Source: a virus
Strand: one strand, 5' to 3'
DNA length: 64,000 nucleotides
Virus record (IMG/VR): IMGVR_UViG_3300024999_000081
Span: 1-64,000 of that record
A model generated the notes under the pieces. It was not told the DNA's origin. It saw only the letters and a list, made by a program, of their open reading frames with translations, and did not search any database. Of the stretch, positions 40,584-50,900 are shown in pieces (position 1 is the stretch's first letter; each line of letters begins with the position of its first letter). A program made the position numbers and the translations under genes.

Positions 40584-41738
40584 ATGAGAAAACAATTTGA
40601 AGAAATTAAATTAATAGCAAATAAATTAGATTGTGATGAGATTTACTCATGGTCAAAATATAATCAATATAAAGGAGATCCTTATACTTTTTACCTTAAA
40701 TACATCCTTAAAATCCCAGAGGATAGAAAGGATTCAATATATGGAGTATTAGGAAATGCTTCACATGATATATTAGAGAAATATTATAATAAAGAAATAT
40801 CATACACAGATATGATAGAAATATTTGAAGAAAAATTATTTGAATTTACTATTGGTAATCTAAAATATGATAGAAGTGATGAAGAAAAAAATAAAAAGAT
40901 AGGAAATAAATATGAATCATGTATGAGACACTTCTTTAAAAATCATCAACGAATACCTAATAAATTGAAATTAGAAGTATTTGTTCCCATAAAGATAAAT
41001 AATATATTAATTCAAGCTTATATAGATGCTATACATATGGAAAAAAGAGAAGATAAAGATATTTGCATAATTACAGATTGGAAAACAAGCTCTTTATATA
41101 AAGGGAAAAAGGTATTAAAGGAGCGTGGTCAGTTATTACTTTATAGTTATGGCGTTCACAAAAAACTAAACATACCAATGGATCAAATTATAGCTAGATG
41201 GGCGTTCCTTAAATATGTAGAAGTAGAATGTATGCAAGCAAATGGAAAATTAAAAAGTCGCATTATTGAAAGGAATTCCATAGGAAGTAGTTTATCGTCA
41301 AATGCTAAAATGTGGTTAAAGAAATTAGATAGTAAATTTTCAGAAGAACAAATTGATGATTATCTTAGTCAAATGGTAGTTGATAATTCTATAGATTGTT
41401 TGCCAGATGATGTTAAGAGTAAATTTGTAGTGAAAGATTGCTATGTTGAAATATCTTTAGATGATGAATCTATTCAAGAATTATTAGATGATATCGTGAA
41501 GACTGTTGAAGAGATTAAGCAAAAACAAGAAGAGTATAAATTAACATTGGATAATAAAATATGGTGGCAAGATGTTACTGATACAGAGAGTTATTTCTTG
41601 GCGAATTTAAATGGGTATTCGTCAGCGATTCATAAACCATATAGAGAATACCTTGATGCCTTGGGGATGTTTAAGGATAAAGAAAATAGTAAAGTTGATG
41701 AAAATGATCTTTCTTGGATGGAAGGACTTATGGATTAG
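40584..41738 (+). CDS. PD-(D/E)XK nuclease (RecB/AddB-like)
   Basis: YSWSK, LKY, GNASHDILE, E, YIDA, ITDWKTS, QLLLY. Confidence 0.85.
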   Translation: MRKQFEEIKLIANKLDCDEIYSWSKYNQYKGDPYTFYLKYILKIPEDRKDSIYGVLGNASHDILEKYYNKEISYTDMIEIFEEKLFEFTIGNLKYDRSDEEKNKKIGNKYESCMRHFFKNHQRIPNKLKLEVFVPIKINNILIQAYIDAIHMEKREDKDICIITDWKTSSLYKGKKVLKERGQLLLYSYGVHKKLNIPMDQIIARWAFLKYVEVECMQANGKLKSRIIERNSIGSSLSSNAKMWLKKLDSKFSEEQIDDYLSQMVVDNSIDCLPDDVKSKFVVKDCYVEISLDDESIQELLDDIVKTVEEIKQKQEEYKLTLDNKIWWQDVTDTESYFLANLNGYSSAIHKPYREYLDALGMFKDKENSKVDENDLSWMEGLMD

Positions 41739-41749
41739 GAGGAATGAGT

Positions 41750-44170
41750 ATGAATAATATTTTTTATGACTTCGAAGTATTCAAATTAGACTGGATGGTA
41801 GTATGTATCAATCAAACTACAAAAGAAAAAACACAAATTATAAACAATCCTGATGAATTACGTGAATTTTATGAGTTGCACAAAGAAGATATCTGGATAG
41901 GATATAATAGTCGTAATTATGATCAATACATACTTAAAGGAATTTTATTAGGTATGAATCCATACAAAATCAATAATGAAATTATTCTCAATGATAAAAA
42001 AGGTAATCAAGTAGTAAAAAAATCAAATACTTTTCCACTAAATAATTTTGATATTTCTACTGGTTTTCATAGTTTGAAACAATTGGAAGGATTTCTTGGA
42101 TCTAAAATCCAAGAGTCCTCAGTACCATTTACTATAAACAGAAAACTAACACCAGAAGAATTAGATGAAGTATTAGAATATTGTACACATGACGTTGAAC
42201 AAACAATTGAAGTATTCAATCATAGAAAGGAAGAATTCGACAGTCAATTATCTTTAATTCAAGCATTTAATATGCCAATGACTATGTTTACAAAAACAAA
42301 AGCACAACTTTCAGCTATTATTTTAGATTCACAAAAAACCGAAAGAAATGATGAATTTGAATTAACTATACCTGACACACTACTTATATCTGATAAATAT
42401 AAGTATATCGTGGATTGGTATAAAGTTAAAGAGAATATGAATTATAAGAAAAGCTTAATTACAGATGTAGCAGGGGTTCAACATGTATTTGCTTGGGGAG
42501 GAATTCATGGTGCAATACCAAATTATTCATATGAAGGAATTATACTTTGTTGTGATGTTGCATCTCTTTATCCTGCATTAATGATAGAATATGGTTTTGT
42601 AAGTAGAAATGTAAGTGATTCTAGTAAATACAAAGAAATAAGGGATACTCGTTTAAAATTAAAAGCAGCAAAAAACCCCATGCAATTACCTTATAAAATT
42701 GTTCTTAATGCTACCTACGGAGCAATGAAAGATGAATATAATAATTTATATGATCCTTTAATGGCTAATAATGTGTGCATTGCTGGACAATTATTATTAC
42801 TAGACTTAATAGATAAAATTGAGCCATTCTGTGAATTAATACAATCGAATACAGATGGTTTATTCCTTAAAATTAATAACATTGAAGATATTGAAAAGAT
42901 AAAAAACGTAGCAAAAGAATGGGAAATAAGAACAAGATTAGATTTAGAATGGGAAATATTTGATAAGATTTTTCAAAAAGACGTTAATAACTATATTATT
43001 ATTGATGCTAAAGGAAAGTATAAATCCAAAGGGGCATATGTAAAAAAACTAAATGCAATTGATTATGATTTACCAATTATTAACGATGCTTTAATAAATT
43101 ATTTTGTAAATGGTAAACAAATTGAAGATACTATTAATGAATGTAATGATCTTATCAAATATCAGAAGATTGTTAAAGTATCAAGATTATACCAACACGC
43201 TTTGTATGGAGATGTAAAAATAAACGAAAGAGTATTAAGAGTTTTTGCTAGTATGGAGGAATCATCCCCAGGAGTATTCAAAGTAAAAGGAGAAGATAAA
43301 ATTGAGAAAATAGGTAATACTCCAGAACATTGTTTTATTTACAATGAAGAAGTTTTACATGAAAGTATTCCAAAAGAATTGAATAAACAATATTATTTGG
43401 ATATGGCAAATAAAAGATTACATGACTTCTTAGACCCAAAAGTAAAGAAACAAAAATTACCAAGTGATATTAAATTTATAACTAATGCAATTAGAGATTC
43501 TATCTGTAATATTATTGATGAAAATCCGAATATTAATTTTATTGATTTATTAAATATTATCTTTGAAAATGTAAAAGTTAGTGCTAGACAAATAAATATT
43601 CTTATTATATTGAACTATTTTATTAATTATGGAAAAAATAAAAAACTTATGCAAATTCTTGATCTATATAATAAACATGGCAAACGTAAACAATTAAAAA
43701 TAAAGGATCTTGAAAAACTAGAAATAAAGGAGAATATATTAATAAAATATTCTCAAGATAAAACTGAAAACCAATATCGTAAATTAGATATGACTGGATA
43801 TATAAAAGAAGTGAGCGTGGAATTTGAAGATAAGGCATTGTCTATCAAAGAACAAATTAAGAATGAATTGGAATATGCTGATACGATTTTCACCACTTAT
43901 GAACAAGCTGGAGATAACTTCTATATTGTAATTGATTTAAAAAATACTGATAAATTTAAACCGCATGTAATTCTGAGACAAATCAATTCAGGAGAAGAAG
44001 TACGAACAAAAATTAAAGAAGCTACTATTTATATTGAAAATCCTTTTAAATTATTCTCTGTTTTGAAAGTGAGAGAATTTAACCATCAAAAGAAAAGTAT
44101 AATGATTGATGGTAAATGGGGAAAATCAAGTGAAACTGAAAAAATATTATTTGACTATGAGGTGTATTAA
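41750..44170 (+). CDS. DNA polymerase: family-B exo+pol core with a DnaE-like C-terminal extension
   Basis: Exo YDFE, GYNSRNYD, YCTHDV; PolB DVASLYP, KIVLNATYG, QSNTDG, DVNNY, KGAY; extra ~240 aa after KRLHDF. Confidence 0.88.
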   Translation: MNNIFYDFEVFKLDWMVVCINQTTKEKTQIINNPDELREFYELHKEDIWIGYNSRNYDQYILKGILLGMNPYKINNEIILNDKKGNQVVKKSNTFPLNNFDISTGFHSLKQLEGFLGSKIQESSVPFTINRKLTPEELDEVLEYCTHDVEQTIEVFNHRKEEFDSQLSLIQAFNMPMTMFTKTKAQLSAIILDSQKTERNDEFELTIPDTLLISDKYKYIVDWYKVKENMNYKKSLITDVAGVQHVFAWGGIHGAIPNYSYEGIILCCDVASLYPALMIEYGFVSRNVSDSSKYKEIRDTRLKLKAAKNPMQLPYKIVLNATYGAMKDEYNNLYDPLMANNVCIAGQLLLLDLIDKIEPFCELIQSNTDGLFLKINNIEDIEKIKNVAKEWEIRTRLDLEWEIFDKIFQKDVNNYIIIDAKGKYKSKGAYVKKLNAIDYDLPIINDALINYFVNGKQIEDTINECNDLIKYQKIVKVSRLYQHALYGDVKINERVLRVFASMEESSPGVFKVKGEDKIEKIGNTPEHCFIYNEEVLHESIPKELNKQYYLDMANKRLHDFLDPKVKKQKLPSDIKFITNAIRDSICNIIDENPNINFIDLLNIIFENVKVSARQINILIILNYFINYGKNKKLMQILDLYNKHGKRKQLKIKDLEKLEIKENILIKYSQDKTENQYRKLDMTGYIKEVSVEFEDKALSIKEQIKNELEYADTIFTTYEQAGDNFYIVIDLKNTDKFKPHVILRQINSGEEVRTKIKEATIYIENPFKLFSVLKVREFNHQKKSIMIDGKWGKSSETEKILFDYEVY

Positions 44171-46429
44171 TTGGCAAACAAAAATAAAATAATTTACGAA
44201 TTCAAAGGTGTTGTAGTCGCAAACCCCTATAATACTGACGATTATAAAATATATGCCTTAGAGGTTGATGATATTAAATACCCACATATAGCGAGAAATA
44301 CATATCAAAATGTTAGTATTTTAGGTAATCTGCCTGACTTAGAGATAGGTATAGAATATTCAGTAAAAGGCGAAGAAAAAGAAGGCAAGAATGGTATATC
44401 GTATAAGGTAATTAATATTGGAAGAGATATACCTAAAACAGAAACAGCAACTAGATTATTTTTACAAAGTATATTAGATAGTAATAGTCATGTTGATGAG
44501 GTAATGCGCGAATATCCTGATATTATTGATAGAGTTATCAATAATCGTTTAGATGACATTGACTTAAACAAACTCTATAATATTGGGAAAGTTAGATTCG
44601 AGGTTATTAAAAGAAAAATAATTGAAAACTTTGTATTAAGTGAGTTGGTCACGGAATTTAAGGGATTTATCGAATTCAAAATCTTAAAGGCATTATATGA
44701 TAAATATGGTTCAGTGGATAATATTAAAGAAAAACTTCAAAATGATCCGTACAAGTGCTTATGCGGTCTCTCACATACGGCCTTCAAAACAGCAGACAAA
44801 ATACTCCTTGAATTTAACAAAGACTGCATTGCAACAAAAGCTAAAGGAGAAGTCCCTCCAATTGATTTCACTTTCGATTTACAAACTTCTAGTCAAAGAC
44901 AAAAATCAGCAATCATGTTTTTACTAGAAGAAAATGAGAACGATGGTAATACAAAAATTGATATTAAAGTTTTAAGAAAACAATCCGAATCTTTAGCAAA
45001 AAAATGTATTGAACACTTTGTTAATATTATCAAGAATGATAAAGATATTCATTTTGATAAGGGGTTAAATACTGTTGCTTTAGAAGAAACATATCAAACA
45101 GAATTATACATTGCTAATAGAATTTTAGAAGGCTTGAAGGTGGATAATAAGTGGGATATTGATACTGAAAAATATAGAGATAATGGTGATATTGTTCTAA
45201 CTGATCAACAACATAAAGTTTTACCTATGGTGTGTAATTCTAATGTATGTATTCTCAATGGGTTTTCAGGAAGTGGAAAGTCAGCAACTACTAAATCAGT
45301 AATTGATATGCTCAAAGATAATAATAAGTCATTTTGTTTATTTGCACCTACGGGAAGAGCTGCAAAGGTATTATCAGAATTTACCAAAGAAAATGCATCT
45401 ACTATACATAGAGGGTTGGCTTATATGCCTCCAGATTGGGGGTATAATGAGGAACATAAATTACCTTATGATGTAGTGGCGGTAGACGAATTCGGGATGT
45501 GCGATGTATTTTTAATGAAACATCTTTTAGAAGCAATTGATTTTAGAAAAACTAAATTATTAATGATTGGAGATTCAAGTCAAATTCCATCTGTTGGAGC
45601 AGGAAATGCTTTCTATGACTTAATTAATTCAAACCTAATACCCATAATTTCTTTAACACAAATATTTAGATATGGAGAAGGAGGAGTCTTGACTGTAGCA
45701 ACTAAAACTAGAAATTGTGAAAAGTTTCTGGAATATTCTTCGAAACCGCAAGTATTTGGAAATGATAAAGGATATATGTTTGTTCCAATGCAACAAGAAA
45801 AAATAATTAAAAATGTTGTAGCTTTATATCAAAAATTATTGTCATCTGGAAATTTAAGAGAAGATATAATGATTTTATCTTCATATAATGTTGGAGATTA
45901 TGGAACAATTGCTATAAATAAATATCTACAACCTATCGCCAATCCTAATGTCACACAAAAAGGAATTAATGTTCAAATTGGTGAAACAAAGTTTTATGAA
46001 AATGATCTAATTATTCAAACAGTAAATAATTATAAAGCAATAAGATATAAAGATGGTTGGATAGACGAAGATGATAAAACATTTGTTGCAAATGGTGAGA
46101 TTGGTAAAGTAATTAAAATTGAATACGGCAAAGTAATTATAATGTTTGATGAATTGGTTGTTTATACTAAGAATGATTTATTAAATGTTAAGCTTGGATA
46201 TTCAATATCTACATTTAAAGCACAAGGCGGTCAGGCTAAAATAGTTATTATGATTACCCCTAAAGCTCATACCTTTATGCTTAATAGTAATCTTATCTAT
46301 GTTGCACAAACAAGGGCTAAACAAAAAGTATTTCATTTTGGAGAAAATGAGACAGTAAATAGAGCTATTAAAAAGAAAGCAGATTTTAATAGAAAAACCC
46401 ATCTTAAAGAATTATTGTTAAACTCTTAA
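44171..46429 (+). CDS. recD2: RecD2-like SF1B helicase
   Basis: DPY, F..AD, GFSGSGKS, APTGRAA, TIHR, VDE, IGDSSQIPSVGAG, LTQIFR, NGEIG, YVAQTRAK. Confidence 0.92.
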   Translation: MANKNKIIYEFKGVVVANPYNTDDYKIYALEVDDIKYPHIARNTYQNVSILGNLPDLEIGIEYSVKGEEKEGKNGISYKVINIGRDIPKTETATRLFLQSILDSNSHVDEVMREYPDIIDRVINNRLDDIDLNKLYNIGKVRFEVIKRKIIENFVLSELVTEFKGFIEFKILKALYDKYGSVDNIKEKLQNDPYKCLCGLSHTAFKTADKILLEFNKDCIATKAKGEVPPIDFTFDLQTSSQRQKSAIMFLLEENENDGNTKIDIKVLRKQSESLAKKCIEHFVNIIKNDKDIHFDKGLNTVALEETYQTELYIANRILEGLKVDNKWDIDTEKYRDNGDIVLTDQQHKVLPMVCNSNVCILNGFSGSGKSATTKSVIDMLKDNNKSFCLFAPTGRAAKVLSEFTKENASTIHRGLAYMPPDWGYNEEHKLPYDVVAVDEFGMCDVFLMKHLLEAIDFRKTKLLMIGDSSQIPSVGAGNAFYDLINSNLIPIISLTQIFRYGEGGVLTVATKTRNCEKFLEYSSKPQVFGNDKGYMFVPMQQEKIIKNVVALYQKLLSSGNLREDIMILSSYNVGDYGTIAINKYLQPIANPNVTQKGINVQIGETKFYENDLIIQTVNNYKAIRYKDGWIDEDDKTFVANGEIGKVIKIEYGKVIIMFDELVVYTKNDLLNVKLGYSISTFKAQGGQAKIVIMITPKAHTFMLNSNLIYVAQTRAKQKVFHFGENETVNRAIKKKADFNRKTHLKELLLNS

Positions 46430-46445
46430 ATTAATAAATAAATAT

Positions 46446-46475
46446 TTGACAATACGATACTCAACATGCTATAAT
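46446..46475 (+). promoter_or_regulatory. SigA-type promoter
   Basis: TTGACA-18-TATAAT with TG extension. Confidence 0.75.
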
Positions 46476-46729
46476 ATTCACAGATAGTAAATTAACTCTG
46501 AAACACAAATCCAACTCAAAAGAAGGCAAAAATTATGTAAATTTACATATTTAATCATTTTTACAATAATACCCAACCATACAACTCTACTACCACAACG
46601 ATTACAAAATTATAAAATCTCAAATTATCCCTTAAAATGTTCAACTTAAAGGATTATTAATTTAGGAGGTGATATAATGGAAGATTAAAACAATATAATT
46701 TACATTAATTTAAGGAGGTGAAAACAAAA

Positions 46730-46876
46730 ATGAACACTCAAAAAGTTATCAATCGCATCGACGGTCAATGGATTACCTGCTCTTCACAAGAATACAATTC
46801 CCAAGACAAAGTAAACTTCATGTTCAGCAAAAGTGATCTAACCAATACAACTACATATTACAAAAAGATTGGTTAA
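46730..46876 (+). CDS. 48-aa protein, paralog of 46998-47193
   Basis: RBS AAGGAGGTG; MNTQKVINRIDGQWITCSSQEYNSQDKVNFMF...YYKKIG. Confidence 0.7.
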   Translation: MNTQKVINRIDGQWITCSSQEYNSQDKVNFMFSKSDLTNTTTYYKKIG

Positions 46877-46997
46877 ATAATCATAATTTCAAAACACAAA
46901 TCATAAAATAATTATCATAATATCAGCAAGGATTTGATCACATAGATTATAAATACCACCAATCAAATTCTTGCTAAATTAAAAGAGGTGAATACAT

Positions 46998-47193
46998 ATT
47001 AAAATTCTACATGGCAGAGATGGCGATTGGATTCAATGTGACTTTGAAGAATATAAAAATAATTATACTGATAAAGTTAACTATGCATTTATTGTCGATC
47101 AAGATACCAATAGAGGTAATTATTTTAAAAAAAGTAATCATTGAAGTATTTGATAAGGAATCAGAAATTAAAAATGAGAGGATGGAAGATTAA
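46998..47193 (+). pseudogene. Paralog of 46730-46876; ATT start and apparent frameshift in the A7 run near 47130
   Basis: IKILHGRDGDWIQCDFEEY...DKVNYAF...YFKK; RBS GAGGTG. Confidence 0.5.
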
Positions 47194-47196
47194 TCT

Positions 47197-47400
47197 GTGT
47201 TCGATTTCTGCTTATGTGAATACTCCGATTGCATACAATCAATGGTATGTAGTAGATTCTTATATAAAAATTCTTCTAATCCTGTTTATATTAAATTTAA
47301 AAACATCTGTTCAAAAGATGACAATTGGCAATGGTTTTATGGAGATAGAAGTAAGATGATGGTTCAAGTAGAATTGATTGAAGATAAAGAAGGTGAATAA
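47197..47400 (+). CDS. Cys-rich hypothetical protein
   Basis: DFCLC...C.....CSRF; GTG start. Confidence 0.6.
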   Translation: MFDFCLCEYSDCIQSMVCSRFLYKNSSNPVYIKFKNICSKDDNWQWFYGDRSKMMVQVELIEDKEGE

Positions 47401-47406
47401 AAACAT

Positions 47407-47646
47407 TTGAGTGTTAATTTAAGTGGTGCAGACTTCAATAAATATTTTATCATCAAACAAGAAGATATGATTAAACATGCTTCAGAACAAGATAGGATAG
47501 ATTTAGCAAGAATACTTAAAAATATTAGAATCAGTAGATATAAATTCAATAAGAATACAGGAAATAAATATCTCGTTATTAATGTTGATGAGAGTTATGC
47601 AGAAGATGTTGTGGAGATTTTGAAGAAGAAAAATCATTGGAAGTAA
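47407..47646 (+). CDS. Hypothetical phage protein
   Basis: KYFIIK.ED...KYLVINVDE.YA. Confidence 0.7.
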   Translation: MSVNLSGADFNKYFIIKQEDMIKHASEQDRIDLARILKNIRISRYKFNKNTGNKYLVINVDESYAEDVVEILKKKNHWK

Positions 47647-47900
47647 TTGAAGGGAGGTGATACATATGGATTATGATTGTATGGACATTTTTGATGAAGT
47701 TAGAGAGTTGAAGGTATTGTTAGATAAATTCCCTAATTTAAACAAAGAAGAATGGGAGCAATTGAGAGTTTTAGCAAATAATATTAGTGTTGATGCAAAG
47801 AGTGTATTGTATGATTGGGGAAAGTAGACTCAATTAAAACAATCTTTTTAACCTATAATGACCTGTAAATACTAAAATAAAAATATTGGGGGATACATAA

Positions 47901-50900
47901 TTGACAAAAATGAATGATAATGTAGAAAAACTTTTAGAAAAAAGATATTACTTGAGAGATAATAATGATAATTTTACGGAACATTCATGGTCAGACATAT
48001 CTCAAAGAATCGCAAATAGTATTGCTCAAGCTGAAAATGAAAAGGATATTCCTTATTACATAAAACAATTTTATAATAAGATCAATGATATGGAGTTCAT
48101 TCCTTCTTCTCCGTGTATCTTTAACGCAGGAACACCTTCCCAATCATTGAGTTCATGTTTTGTAGTAGATATTGAAGATAATATTGAAGGTATCTTTTCC
48201 ACTGTTGCAGAATGTGCAAAGATTTTTCAAATGAGTGGCGGAGCAGGATTCTCAATGAGAAAGATTCGCCCCAAAGGTTCATTGTGCAAATCATCTGGTT
48301 CTAATGCTTCAGGAGTATGTTCTTTTATGCATGTTTTTAATGAAGTTGTAAATAGGGTTAAACAAGGAAATAAAAGAAATGGTGCATTAAAAATCGACCT
48401 ACCTTGTACTCATCCAGAGATTTTTGATTTTATTCACTCTAAAGACATTACTGAAGATTTAAAAAACATGAATATATCCGTTAGTATCACAGATGAATTT
48501 GTTAAAGCAGTAGAAAATAGCGAAGACTGGGATTTAAAATTCAATGGATTAGTTTATCAAACAATCAAAGCAATTGATTTGTGGAATGAAATTATGCTAT
48601 GCGCTTGGAAGACAGGGGAGCCAGGATTGAGTTATCAGTCCAATATGGATAAAGGAAATATGAATCCTCAATTAAATGAATCTGTATATGGTAATCCTTG
48701 TTTTTCTGGGGATATGAGATTACTAACTGTAGATGGGTATAAAACATTTGAAGAATTATCTGAAACAACAGTTAAGATTATTAATTCAAATGGAGATATA
48801 TCTGATAGTAATGTTTGGTGTAGTGGAGAGAAAGATACTATTGAATTAACAACCAGTAATAAGAAGAAAATTAGATGTACTCCAGATCATATTGTTATGC
48901 TGAACGATAATGAAGAATGTGAGATTCAATATGCTTTAAAGAAAAGAGTTATGCCATATCACGGAAAAACAAATGTTTCTAAAGATTTGTTTGTTCAATT
49001 AGGTTTCTTACAAGGAGATGGTGGCATTGGAAGAATTAATTCTGAAGCGCATCTTGGTTTAGAAATAAATATTGGAGAAAAAGATAAAGAAATATTTGAA
49101 TTATTTAATATTGTGCCTATTGATGGAAAAAAGGCATATTATACTAATGGATATAATAATACTTTAGTTAAGTATGGGTTTGACGGAAGTCCTTTGCCAG
49201 AAAGAGTATTTCCTATTACATATACTAATTGGACAAAAGAACAAAAATTAAATTTCTTAAAAGGTTGTTATTCTGCAAATGGTTGTGTGATAAAGACGCA
49301 TAGGATTTCTTATAAAACAACTTCTAAAGTATTCTCTTTGCAATTAAAAAAGGCATTAGAAGAGTTTGATATTGTTTCATATATTACTACCAATAAACCT
49401 ACAATGGTAAAGTTTACAAATGGTGATTATCTGTGTAAAGAAAGTTATGATATAAATATTGGTAGATTAGATGATGTAATTTTCTTCTATCAAAATATTG
49501 GGTTTATGCAACAATATAAAATAAATGATCTTGTAGATTTAATTAAACTAAAAAGCCCAAAAATAATGACCATGAAGCAGTTGGGAAAACAAAAGGTTTA
49601 TGACTTTTCAGAACCATTGACACATTGGGGAGTAGTAGAAGGATTAGTAGTACATAATTGTCATGAATATGTCAATATTCCATATTCTTCATGCAACTTA
49701 GCTTCGGTAAATCTTAAAAAAGTAATTGAACACAGCAAAGTAAATTGGTTTAAATTAAAAGAAAATATTGAATTAACTTTCAGATTCCTAGATGACATGA
49801 TTACCATGAATAGACTTCCTCTTGAAAAGATTAAAACTATTACACATCTAATTAGACCAATAGGGCTTGGGACAATGGGTTTTGCTCAATTACTATATGA
49901 ATTAAAAATACCTTATAATTCTCAAGAATGCTTAGACTTTATTGATGTGCTATATGGTTTTATTGAGAAAACGTGTCTTGAATACAATGTAAAACTTGGA
50001 AAAGAAAGAGGAATCTATCCTGCATGGAAGGGAAGTAAATGGGAAGAAGAAAACCTTGAAGTTAGATGCTCTAGTATGACTAGTATTGCTCCAAATGGAA
50101 GTATTGCATTTATTGCGGATACAACAGGGGGAATCGAGCCTCAATTTGCCCTTGTCTACAAGCGCAGAGACAAAGAAAATGATGAATATATGGTTGCAGA
50201 TAGTGTTTTCGAAAATTATCTCAAAGAGAATGGTCTTTACACAAAAGAGATATTAGATAAAATTAATGAAAATAAAGGTTCTATTAAAGGATTGGATAGC
50301 ATATTCACTCAAGAAATACAAAACATATTTGTAACTGCAAATGATATTTCACCAGAATGGCATGTGAAAGTATTAGCACAAATACAGAAATACATATGTT
50401 TAAGTATCTCCAAGACAGTCAATTTGCCAAATAATGCAACTATAGAAGATGTAGGAAATGTATATTTAATGGCAGCTAAATTAGGAATCAAAGGTGTTAC
50501 TGTATATCGCGATGGTTGCAGATCCAATCAAATATTAAGTGTTGGAGAAGCAACTGAAGAAATTCCTAAACAAGAATTTGTTTTTCCTGCTGAGACATTA
50601 AAATATGCACATGCTGAAAGATTCAAGGTTGATTCTGGATGTGGGAGTTTTTGGTTATTCTTATGTTTTGATGATAATGAAAATCTTAGAGAAATATTTT
50701 CTCAATCAGCAACTCAAGGAGGATGCCAAGGTTTAACCGAAGCATTATCAAGAATGACTTCGTTGGCACTGAAATCTAATATCCATCCTGAAGTAATTAT
50801 TGACCAACTTAAATCAGTTAGATGTCCTGTTAGTATGATGATGAGAAAGGAAAAAGGATTGGATTCTAGGTCGTGTGCAGATGCAATTGGTAATGCTATT

